DNA from: Octopus sinensis
Lineage: Eukaryota
Direction of reading: 5' to 3'
DNA length: 64,000 nucleotides
Assembly: GCF_006345805.1 (NCBI RefSeq)
Contig: NC_043001.1
Span: 92,814,001-92,878,000 of the forward strand
Positions 13,865 to 24,660 of the stretch are shown one piece after another. Position 1 is the first letter of the stretch. The number at the start of each line of letters is the position of its first letter. The position numbers and the translations under genes are program-made. The notes beneath the pieces were generated by a model, which made no database searches, was not told where the DNA came from, and saw only the letters and a list, made by a program, of their open reading frames with translations.

Positions 13865-14101
13865 CAATAATCCCTCAACTATTGCGGGTGGTACATTCCA
13901 AAACTTCCCACAGAAATAATTCAAATCTGAAAAAATATAAAGACCTAACGGCCACAAAAACCCAAGATATACTGAGGATCCTGCAATCTAAATTTACATA
14001 TATTAGCCATAAAAATCTGCGATGTACTTCAGTGCACGATAGGCAAACCACGATGTACTGAGTGCATGATAGGTGAACCGCAATATGGTCAGGCATTACT
14101 G
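13865..14101. mobile_element. Tigger/pogo-type MITE
   Basis: Imperfect ~24-bp TIRs CAATAATCCCTCAACTATTGCGGG / reverse complement CAGTAATGCCTGACCATATTGCGG, TA on the left flank, internal ~30-bp duplication. Confidence 0.7.
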
Positions 14102-14413
14102 CATATATATATATATACTTAAAATAAAGCATATTACTCTACCATTGGTATTTGAGTACTCTTTTTTCCACCTTGTTTCACATTTATGTGTTTACTCCGG
14201 TATATATATATATATATACACACATACACATTATATAAATACACACATAGATATGTGTACATATATATGTATATACATACATAATATACACACATACATA
14301 CATATATAAATACATATATATGTATTCACAAACATACATACATATATTTATATATATACACACATATAAATTCACCGAGTGTAAACAAATTAAGAGACAA
14401 TGCATAGCGATCC

Positions 14414-14980
14414 ATTATGTAAGTTTAAAAAATACATAATACATATAAGCACAAACAAACCAAAACAGGCACAGAAGGTCACCAAATCTTCATTGATTAT
14501 CGATGAAAGGCTCTCGCCAATTTCACGCCTTTAACAATTATATAGCTACTCTTTGGTAGTGCCAGTGGCAAGCCTTCCCTCTAACACTTTCTTCCTTGCT
14601 GCTATCTATTTCTATCTTGCCTTTCTCTCTCTGTCCCTCCTTCTCAGCCCTCTACAATTTTTCTTACTCCTACCACTGACATATAACCCACAGTCATCAT
14701 CATCTCTCATTTCCATTTCCTCTTTTACACATGTATATTGCATATTTACTTCATATTTATATGTTCACTTTCTGTCATGTTTAATCCCTTCTTTGTTGGC
14801 ACACTATTTCCCAGTAGCTTCCGCCACTGATACTACCAAAAGAGAGCAATATTATCATTAAAGGCACAAAATTGCCAAGAACCTTTGGCTGATAACTGAT
14901 GGGGATTTGGTGACCTTCTGTGTGTTTGTCTTCTGTCTGTTTGTGTTTATATATATTATGAGTATTTTAACTTATTACAT
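14414..14980. repeat. Imperfect inverted repeat (~120-bp arms) around a CT-rich spacer
   Basis: 14414-14534 pairs with 14858-14980 (shared CACAGAAGGTCACCAAAT and GCCTTTAA blocks). Confidence 0.75.
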
Positions 14981-15047
14981 AATACATACATACATACATA
15001 TATAATATACATACATAATATATATATATATAAATATCATCAAATAT

Positions 15048-15089
<42 letters not shown>

Positions 15090-15091
<2 letters not shown>

Positions 15092-15635
15092 TATTAGGGA
15101 GTATAACTCTAAACTTACAAGGAAAAATTCAATTTAGTATTAAATCAAATTTCACAGTATAAATAATCAAAATACATAAAATATAAATTAGAGATAAAAC
15201 CACTATTATGCAACTCAAAGAGTGATAGACATAGACCAATACATAGATAACAAATAATATATATTTTTATAAAACATATAACTAGATCTCAAAAACTATA
15301 AAATGAATGATCAATATATAATATAATAAGTAATATAAGATATAATATAATATAATATAATATACTTATTATATTATATATTGATCATTCATTTTATACT
15401 TTTTGAGATCTAGTTATAAGTTATATGTTTTATAAAAATATATATTATTTGTTATCAATGTATTGGTCTATGTCTATCACTGTTTGAGTTGCATAATAGT
15501 GGTTTTATCTCTAATTTATATTTTATATATATATATATATACTTATATGTATATATATAATAATTATTTGGGGGAATATTAATCCTAACTTACAGGGAAA
15601 AATTCGATTTAGAAATACTAAATCAATTTCGCACA

Positions 15636-15640
<5 letters not shown>
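15090..15640. repeat. Foldback family P copy 1: leader + ~155-bp inverted arms + second leader copy
   Basis: Arms ~15176-15333 and 15363-15527 (core ATTAGAGATAAAACCACTATTATGCAACTCAAA); leader GGGAGTAT...AACTTACA.GGAAAAATTC.ATTTAG at ~15090 and again at ~15566. Confidence 0.85.
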
Positions 15641-15690
<50 letters not shown>

Positions 15691-15698
15691 TATATATA

Positions 15699-15982
15699 CT
15701 AGCAGTATCGCCCGGCATTGCTCGGTTTGTAAGGGAAATAACTATATAAGCATTTTTAGAGAGTTACTTCCCTTATATAATAGCGAAAAAAATGCATTAA
15801 AATGGAAAAAAATGATGGTAAATTTTTTTTAAATCGTAGACTCATCGTAGATGTGCGCTAATACCAGAAGGGCTCGATATGAATCAATCATGACTATAAG
15901 GTTAAACTGCACCGCAAAATGTGGGAGTAGTTAGGAATCTAAATCGTAGGAGACAGACACACAATTTGACTTTTATATATAA

Positions 15983-15985
<3 letters not shown>
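15699..15985 (-). mobile_element. Non-autonomous Helitron (287 bp)
   Basis: Minus strand starts TCTTTATATATAAAAG, ends with hairpin CCGAGCAATGCCGG then GCGATACTG-CTAG, inserted between A and T inside (TA)n: the canonical Helitron termini. Confidence 0.85.
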
Positions 15986-16030
<45 letters not shown>

Positions 16031-16071
16031 TATATATATATATATGTATGTAAATATAATATATATATATC

Positions 16072-16102
<31 letters not shown>

Positions 16103-16121
16103 TATATATATATAAATTAGA

Positions 16122-16437
16122 AAAAAAAAAACCACCTTTTATCATTTCAAAATGAACAATTAAATTACACCATCTAGAAAATTACATATAATAGAAATAT
16201 TAAAATCAAAATATCAATAATATACCGATGATTAAGTAAACTGTAAAAAAATAATAAAACGTATATAATTGGTAGAATAACAATATTCTACTAATTATAT
16301 ACGTTTTACTATTTTTTTGCAGTTTACTTAATCATCAGTATATTATTGATATTTTAATTTTAATATTTCTATTATATGTAATTTTCTAGATGGTGTAATT
16401 TAAATGTTCATTTTGATTGATAAAAGGTGTTTTTTTC
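16122..16437. repeat. Near-perfect palindrome, ~155-bp arms and 4-nt loop (ACAA, 16280-16283)
   Basis: Direct reading of both arms; each carries C(C/T)GATGA...AAAACGTA-TAT, a degenerate hammerhead-like core. Confidence 0.9.
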
Positions 16438-16458
16438 TAATATATATATATATATATT

Positions 16459-16515
<57 letters not shown>

Positions 16516-16913
16516 CAAAATGGGACAAGAATGCAAAACATACGGACAGTTAGGTGATACAAAAATGAGACATTCAGATAGACAGTACAAAGAAAACAAG
16601 GACGGGCCATTCGAAGTTTTCTTTCCTCAGTCGAGTACCAGATTACCTTCGCAATTTCGGCTGATTATACTCAACACAAATACAATAAAAATAATATCAG
16701 GACATAACAACAGGTATCTTTCGAGCAATGATGAATTAAATTAAGCCGGCGTGTGTGGAAATAAAGCCTTACGGCAAGGATACAGGACTTCACAGGCACA
16801 AGGAGGAATATCGATGTTGCATTGACAATGGCCAGACCAAGTAAGAAAGATCAGGCTTGGCAAACACATACATACACAAAGATATACATATATATGCATA
16901 TACAATATACAAT

Positions 16914-17013
<100 letters not shown>

Positions 17014-17424
17014 TATATATGCATATATATCAAAATACTTAACAAAAACAACAAACAGAAATATTACAAAACTGTAACAAACAGAAAATTCGTAGCTTAT
17101 TCCTCATTAGTCAATGTCCGAAAGATCATTACAATTTGTGCCTTTAACGTTGATACTGTTTCTCTTTTGGTGGTGTCAGTGGTGAAAAACCACTAGGAAT
17201 AGCTAACGAATGCACAAAACAATGACAAAAACAAACATGTCAAAATAAAAACAAACATATATAGAACAAAAAATACCATGTGACCACAAGACAAACTGAT
17301 GTGGGGTAATGCAAAAGTAAATGAAAATGTCCTGTAGGACTGGATACAAGAGAAAGACAGAGAGAAAGTCAGAATGAGGGAAGAAGTAAAGTATTAAGGA
17401 GGGAAAGAGAATCATCAATATTAC

Positions 17425-17655
17425 ATTCTTTTATTCTTTTACTGGTTTCAGTCATTTGACTGTGGCCATGCTGGAGCACACTTTTAGTCGAACAAATTGA
17501 CTCCAGGACTTATTCTTTGTAAGCCTAGTACTTATTCTCTTGGTCCCTTTTGCCAAACTGCTAGATTACAGAGACGTAAACACACCAAAGTCTGTTGTCA
17601 AAGCAATGGTGGAGGGACAAACACAGATACACAAACATTTTTACATATATATTGT

Positions 17656-17708
<53 letters not shown>

Positions 17709-17713
17709 GTATG

Positions 17714-17760
<47 letters not shown>

Positions 17761-17845
17761 ATGAGCTTCTTTTCGTTTCCTTCTACCAAATTCACTCACA
17801 AGACTTTCGTTGGCCCAAGGCTAAAATAGAAGGCACTTACCCACG
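17425..17845 (-). mobile_element. SINE family A copy with expanded internal microsatellite
   Basis: 3' end tttcagtcatttgactgtggccatgctggagcac through to the 5'-truncated head near 17845. Confidence 0.85.
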
Positions 17846-18102
17846 CAGTATTCTAGAATTTTGTCAGTGAACAGGTCACGGTCTCAAAGTGAGGAAAATA
17901 TTTTGGCAAATTAAATTTGAAGTGAATCTAACGGTTTTTGTGTGTTTCTAAAATGGCTTATAAACACCTTCCATGCTGCAATTGTTTTATATATATATGC
18001 ATATATACATAATATTTATAAATATATATCTATAATATGTATAATATATGTGTGTGTTGGTGTCCGTGTATATATATATTTACATATATAAATATATATT
18101 TA

Positions 18103-18152
<50 letters not shown>

Positions 18153-18369
18153 GCAATTAAGGGTTTAGCAACGAATTGCCTCGCCACACACCGAATTTAG
18201 AAGTAGCAGTCAAAGAGATATAGCTATTCCTTCTACTAAAAGGGAGATCTCAGTAAACACAGTTACTGATATATATATATAGATATATATATATATATAT
18301 ATATATGTTTATACATATATATATATATACATTTACATATACATACGTATATATATAAGTATATATATA

Positions 18370-18690
18370 TATATATATGTACACACATATGTATATACAC
18401 ACATACAGACACATATATATATATATATATATCTATATATATATATATATGTACACACATATGTATTACACACATACAGACACATATATATATATATATA
18501 TCTATATATATATATGTACACACATATGTATATACACACATACAGACACATATATATATATATATCTATATATATATATGTACACACATATGTATATACA
18601 CACATACAGACACATATATATATATATATCTATATATATGTACACACATATGTATATACACACATACAGACACATATATATATATATATC

Positions 18691-18700
<10 letters not shown>
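18370..18700. repeat. Minisatellite, 5 units of 60-72 bp built from TA/CA microsatellite
   Basis: Anchor GTACACACATATGTAT at 18379, 18451, 18516, 18580 and 18640. Confidence 0.85.
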
Positions 18701-18723
<23 letters not shown>

Positions 18724-18728
18724 TTATA

Positions 18729-18762
<34 letters not shown>

Positions 18763-18765
18763 ATT

Positions 18766-18863
<98 letters not shown>

Positions 18864-18874
18864 ATATATATTAT

Positions 18875-18932
<58 letters not shown>

Positions 18933-18936
<4 letters not shown>

Positions 18937-19522
18937 TTAAAAATTGAGGGAGATAAATTAATATTAATTTTAATATCAATTTAAAACCGGTAGTCCAGCA
19001 TTCAAAAAATCTGAGGAGTCAGAGAAAATTCAAATATATGTGTATATTGGCAGGGCTGGCCTGCTAGGTAGCCGGCCAGAATGCTAGAAATAGATCATCA
19101 ACGATCAAACTACAAGGGAATTCTCTAGAGGAAGAATTCAGCGAACACCAGAACCAAATTTGGCGGGCAGGACATATGAAAAATTAAATAAAAACAGACT
19201 TAAATGCATACCTCGGTTTCGGTCTTAACAAAAGAATTACTTGCATAATTCAAGTGTCCGTGACTTCTTCAGTACATTCGGTTCTCGAGATGCAAACCGC
19301 AAGACTAACCCAGCTCTCTGTGTCAAGACAGACACGTGCTTAGTCTTACTGATTACATCGGGAATAAAATTTCAAATGTCTTGGTTCCGGCGCGCTAAGA
19401 GACTCCTGAAGCGAAGGGCTGCAGTGAATAATTCACTGCGGGTAAAGCTTACTACTAGGGAACGTATTTATTTAAATATTTAAAAATTGAGGAGATAAAT
19501 TAATATTAATTTTAATATCAAT
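18933..19522 (-). mobile_element. Young PLE-terminus-like element bounded by ~47-bp direct repeats and containing a hammerhead ribozyme
   Basis: TATTTAAAAATTGAG(G)GAGATAAATTAATATTAATTTTAATATCAAT at ~18933 and ~19477; CpG-rich interior; hammerhead at 19203-19278. Confidence 0.65.
19203..19278 (-). ncRNA. Type-I hammerhead ribozyme motif with extended stem II
   Basis: Minus strand: AATGTA-CTGAAGA-AGTC-[37 nt]-GACC-GAAAC-CGAG-GTA^TGCATT; stem I AATGTA/TGCATT pairs fully (one GU); predicted cleavage after GUA, between 19209 and 19208. Confidence 0.75.
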
Positions 19523-19593
19523 ATATAAATATATATATATATTATATATTTATATATATATATATATATATTATTATATATATATATATATAT

Positions 19594-19637
<44 letters not shown>

Positions 19638-19913
19638 TTATATACATATATATATACACATATAAGTAGTTACCTCGAAACTGCAGTCCGTGCGTATCAC
19701 TTAGGTTTATGAGAGAGGGATGACCTCCCTTTGCAAATACCATAAGGGCACAGAAAGTGTGCCTAAAGCCAGCTGGAGACGATGATCTCCTGGGGATAAA
19801 AGCTACAGTAACATCCACTCTTAGTGGTTAGCCATATCGAGATGGCTAGTATACTTTACGTTATATATAATTACATATACATATATATAAGTCTATATAT
19901 ATATATATATATA

Positions 19914-20206
19914 TCACGTGATCACGTGACCGACCAGTCCATCAGATGTAGTTACACATCGCTGGTCACAATGCGTTCGCATTGTTTTAGCCTTCGAATG
20001 ACGCCACCCCGCTGGCTAAGCGAGCAGGCCAACAGAAGAAAGAGTGGTGAAAGAGTACAGCAGGGATCACCACCCCCTGCTGGAGCCTCGTGGAGCTTTT
20101 AGGTGTTTTCGCTCAATAAACACTCACAATGCCCGATCTGGGAATCGAAACCGCAATCCTACGACCGCGAGTCCGCTGCCCTAACAACTGGGCCATTGCG
20201 CCTCCA
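19914..20206 (-). mobile_element. tRNA-derived SINE family B (tRNA-Arg-like head), young copy
   Basis: GGAGGCGCAATGGCCCAGTTGTTAGGGCAGCGGACTCGCGGTC...GGTTTCGATTCCC head, CpG retained, TCACGTGATCACGTGA tail, (TA)n on both sides. Confidence 0.8.
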
Positions 20207-20272
20207 TATATATATATAGATATATATATATATATATATATAATATATGTATGTATGTAGTATATATATATA

Positions 20273-20320
<48 letters not shown>

Positions 20321-20331
20321 TATATATATAT

Positions 20332-20362
<31 letters not shown>

Positions 20363-20482
20363 CTATATATATATATGATTGATTGAGTGATTCTAGTTTC
20401 AGCTTATGAGCTGGCCATGCTGGGGCACCGCCATTTGTGTGTTGCTACTTGGTTTCACTTCATGGAGGCTTTCTAGCAACTG

Positions 20483-23400
20483 CTATTTGGTGCATGAGAG
20501 AGAGTTCGATGCAGCTGCCCTCATCTGCCGTGAAGTTGGTTCATCTGGGACACCTGACAGGAAGAGATCCAGCTCCATTTTAAAGACATCTGTATCCACC
20601 CCATGCAGGTCTCTCAGGTTCTTCGGGAGGATATTGAAGAGCTGTGGGCCTCGGAAGCCCAGGCTATCACAGAATCTTGTCCTACATCTTGATGGCAGGT
20701 TTGGAGTCCTAGGCACCATGCAGTGGCGCCCAGTTCTGGCATTTGCGTAACTCTCGATGCCAAAGTTCAGGACACTTCCCTCCAGGATCTTCCAGATGTA
20801 TATTATGGCATATCTTTCCCGCCTACGCTCCAGAGAATATAATTTTAATCTCTTGAGTCTTTCCCAGTAGCTTACATTCTGCATAGAGGCTATCTTCTTT
20901 GTGTAGCTTCGTTGGATCGCCTCAAGTTCTGTGATCAACTTGACACTGGATGGTGACCATAGCTGAGAGCAATAGTCAAAGTGGCTTAGGACAAGTGTCT
21001 TCCAGAGGACCATCATGGTTTTTTTGTTCTCTTGTTCTAAAGGTTCTAAGAATCCATCCAGCCAGCCGTCTACATTTCATTGTCAGTTTAGCAACATGTA
21101 CATGAAAGGTCGCGTCATCACTCATGTGAATACCCAGGTCACGCACTGATTGTGCCTCTGGGATTGCAATCCCTCCGGGTCCAGTGTATTCATTGGGTAT
21201 TGCATTCAGTTTTGCATGCTGATAGTATAAAGCTTGAAACTTTCCAGCATTGAACTGCATGCTATTCTTTTCAGCCCACTTGTATATTTCGTCCAGCTCA
21301 CATTGCAGGTGTTTAGTGTCCTCAGGGTTCTGTATTGCCTGTGAAACTTTTGTATCATCTGCATAACTTGTGATCGTGGCTCTCTGCGTGGCTGAGGGCA
21401 TGTCTGAGAGGGCCATTATGAACAGTAGTGGTCCCAGAACAGTGCCCTGCGGAACACCGCTCACTATTTGTGTGTTAATGGAGGTGGCCTCATTGGCTAC
21501 TACCACCTGACTTCTATCCTTCAGAAAGTCATGAAGCCATTCTCCCAGTTTTCCAACTATGTTGAGATCACGCAGTTTGTGACATATCATTCCATGATCG
21601 ACTTTATCAAAGGCCTTTGCAAAGTCGAGATATATCACTTCCACATTTGAGTGGTTGAGCAGCCGTTTCAGCACCCAGTCATAGTGTTGTAGGAGCTGAG
21701 TTAAACAGCTTCTCCCTGGTCGGAAACCATGTTGGGTGTCGGGCAGCAAGTCATTCTCTTCAAGGAAGGTGATCAGCTTCCTTCTGACTATTCGTTCCAT
21801 GACCTTGCTGATGTGTGAGGTCAGAGAGATAGGTCTATAGTTCTTGGCTTCCGCTCTGCTACCTCCTTTATGAATGGGGCATATTTTACCTTCCTTCAGT
21901 TTTCCTGGAAGTTTGCCAGCTGCAAGGAAGCTCTGAAAGAGGAACTGCAGTGGTCTTGCTAGGACTCTCTTACATGCTTTTAGGAGGATTGCCGGGAATC
22001 CATCGGGGCCAGTAGCTGAGTCTGTTTTCATTTCATCTATAGCCTTGGTTACATCGTCTTCCTTATATCGATGTAATCTATCGTCGCCGCCTCTGATTTT
22101 ATATCTGCAGTGGTAAAAAAGTCAGTTGGATTGGTGATTCGGAGATGCCCAAGGGGTGGAGTGAAAACACTCTTGAATTGCTCATTCAGTATTTCACTTA
22201 CCCTCATTGGTTTTCCTGTAAGTGTGCCATCCTTTTCGAGGAGTGGCCCTATTCTACAGTGCACTGTAGCTGTTTCTTTGGCATACCTGTAGAAAGCTCT
22301 GGGGTTAGATTTTATGTTTTCTATAGCCCAGGCTTCTTTGTCTGCTCTTTCTTTTTCATGGGAGAGTTGCAGACATTTTTCGATTTCCAACAGTTTTATT
22401 TTTAGGCGGGACTTTTCACTGCTTTCAATCTGTTTGTTTAGGCGATTTGAAAATTTCGTACGCCGTCTCATTAAAATTTTCCTCTCTCTGGGGATTTTGT
22501 TCTTGTGTACAGTGGCCTTTCTCTCTGGGACACATTTGTAGATTATGTAGCATATGGCTTGCATTACAGACATGAATTGTTGAAGTTTCACGTCGATGTC
22601 TGGCGAGGAGAGACATTTAGGCCAGTTTTGTTTGAGGATCTCTTTCTCAATTTGTTTCCAGTTTGCCTTATGGTAGTTCAAGCTGGAAAGATTTTGAGGG
22701 TTTCTTGTAGGCTGCATGTCCGTGCTCTCTTTTGGCCCGTACATGGTCAGCTCTATCATGTTGTGATCCGAGAGTAGTGTCGGTGTCACTTTCACATTAT
22801 GGATGAGATCCATGTCATTTGTGAAGCAGAGATCCAGTGTGTTACCTGCCCTGGTTGGTTGGAGTATTACCTGCTCCATGTACAGGGTGTTGATGAGGTT
22901 CAGGAGGGACCTCGCCTGTCCTCGTTCACATCTTGTCATTCCTGGGAGAGAAAGGCCCTCGGGCCATCTGACATTGGGCAGATTGAAGTCTCCCATAAGA
23001 AGCACACCTATGTGTTGTTCTAATGTGGTTAGAATTTCTTCTATTTTTATAAGGCAGTCTTCAAACTTGCCCACATGGCTTGGGGCATCTGGAGGGCGAT
23101 ATGTAGCACACACAACTACATCAAGTTGCCTAATATGTACAATTAGTGTGTCACACACCGAGTTTGAGTATGACAAGAGGACCTGGGGTGTGAGGTCCTC
23201 ACGGATGTACATAGCAACACCTCCATGACTCCTTTCTTTCCTGTCGGTCCGTAGTACAGCATACTGTGGTATGTGTAACTCCGCATCTGCTATGTCCGGT
23301 TTCAGGTGCGTTTCTGTAAGTGCTATGCATAAGGCTTGATTGCATGCAACAAAGTCTCTCAGGAACGGGATCTTTGTCCTGTTACTGAGTGTTTGCAGTC

Positions 23401-23566
23401 CTCTGATGTTCAGTAGGAGTATCGAGGTGAGGTGTACGTTGTTGCCGGCGGTGTCCATCCTGTGTCTGTTTGCTGTGGTGGTCTGGTATATAGTGGGTAG
23501 TCCCACCTGCGGGCTTGGGTTTGATGAAGCCAGGTCAGCTGCTGTACAATCTTTTGTGCCATGCAC
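20483..23566 (-). pseudogene. CR1-type ORF2 (apurinic endonuclease + reverse transcriptase), broken by two 1-nt frameshifts
   Basis: EN motifs LLNIRGL, ALTETHL, YRPP, MGDFNLP, SDHN; RT motifs GPDGFP, NYRPISLTS, QHGFRPGRSC, YLDFAKAFDKV, GVPQGTVLGP, YADD; C-terminal DYCSQLWSP, YWERLKRLKLYSLERRR. Frameshifts at ~22062 and ~21025 (T7 run); no in-frame stops seen within the three segments. Confidence 0.92.
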
Positions 23567-24315
23567 AAAAAAGATTGTTGCTCAGCAGCTGCTCTTTCGA
23601 CAACATCATGTTGGCTGTTTGTGGCGCGCACAACATCTGCGTACCTCCGCTTTGGGGCAGGTGGTGCGTGGTCCATCCCTTTTCTTTGTGTTGATGGTTT
23701 GTCCATCTGCCTCGTGTCTCTGTGGCAGGGTCCCCGATGTGCAAAGCGGCAGCCTGCCTTCCTTTCCATGCCAGCAGGAACCTCTCAGGTAGAACATACA
23801 CACCCGTGTGCGCTGTTTGGTTCCATCCTTTGCGGTTCCACTTCTATTTCTGGTTGTTTCACTCTTTGGTCCTGCTTGAGCTTTTTCTTTTCCTTTAGCT
23901 CTTCCAGTCCTTCTTTTAGTTCTTCTTCCTCCCTCTACCTTTCACGGGTTCTCCGTCTCCATGGCCCTTGCTGCGGTTGGAGAACTTGCACCTGGGTTCA
24001 CTTCCCGGGCAGGTTTCTCATTCAAAACCTCCTCCCGGGCGTCCACCAGGTGGGGGTGACTTCTTTCATCGTCTCCATTCTTGCCATCTTTGCTCCGCTC
24101 GTTCTCAAAGATGGCATCAAGTGCGCCAATGTGCGACCGTACAAGCGCATATGAGCGCGACGAATTCCTGTCTCTTTCGCTCCATCTGAGCCGCTGTCCT
24201 CTTGTAGCCTCTGCTCTTCAGCGCAGGCAATCACCTCCCTAGGGCTATCTCCGCCGGCGCACTCCCATGCTCGTACGAATAAATCCAGCTCGTCACGTCT
24301 CCATGCTCTGGACAT
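23410..24315 (-). pseudogene. CR1-type ORF1 with a CCCH zinc-finger, two frameshifts and one stop
   Basis: Reconstructed MSRAWRRDELDL...HLVDAREEVL...ENP*KVEGG...RVCMFYLRGSCWHGKEG/GCRFAH...SPRYSY*; C-x7-C-x~8-C-x3-H split by a frameshift at ~23757. Confidence 0.65.
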
Positions 24316-24364
24316 GCTGGATAATCCGTCTATCCGTTTATCTATCTAATTATGTTCGAGAGAA

Positions 24365-24625
24365 GACAGGAAGATATTAAGGCTAATTAGAAGATAGAGT
24401 ACTTGAAAAAGAAATATTAACAATATTAAAGTTTGTGTAAAAACGTTATTTGGGTAAAAACGTTATTTAATCTTAAGGCTAATTAGGGGATAGAGTATCT
24501 GAAAATGTATTAGCAATATTAATATTATATTAGAGTGTGGATAAAAACGTTGTTTAATCTTAAGGCTAATTAGGAGATAGAGTATCTGAAAATATATTAG
24601 CAATATTAATATTATATTAGAGTGT

Positions 24626-24660
<35 letters not shown>

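Larger units (their letters stand above)
20377..24330 (-). mobile_element. Near full-length CR1-type non-LTR retrotransposon (ORF1 + APE-RT ORF2 + 3' UTR with ATCA-type tail); the 5' UTR may extend through the tandem array to ~25650
   Basis: Contiguous ORF1/ORF2 remnants, 3' stem-loop CAGCT-CATA-AGCTG and tail at 20377-20432. Confidence 0.92.

Noticed and set aside
16590-16650. Minus-strand CTGAGGA-AAG-AAAA-CTT-CGAAT...GTC
   Set aside because: GAAA is altered to GAAT and no stem I pairing is found.
20130-20206. tRNA-like sequence (also heads at 13340 and 43040)
   Set aside because: Followed by SINE body and tail and lacks a proper acceptor stem; a SINE head, not a tRNA gene.
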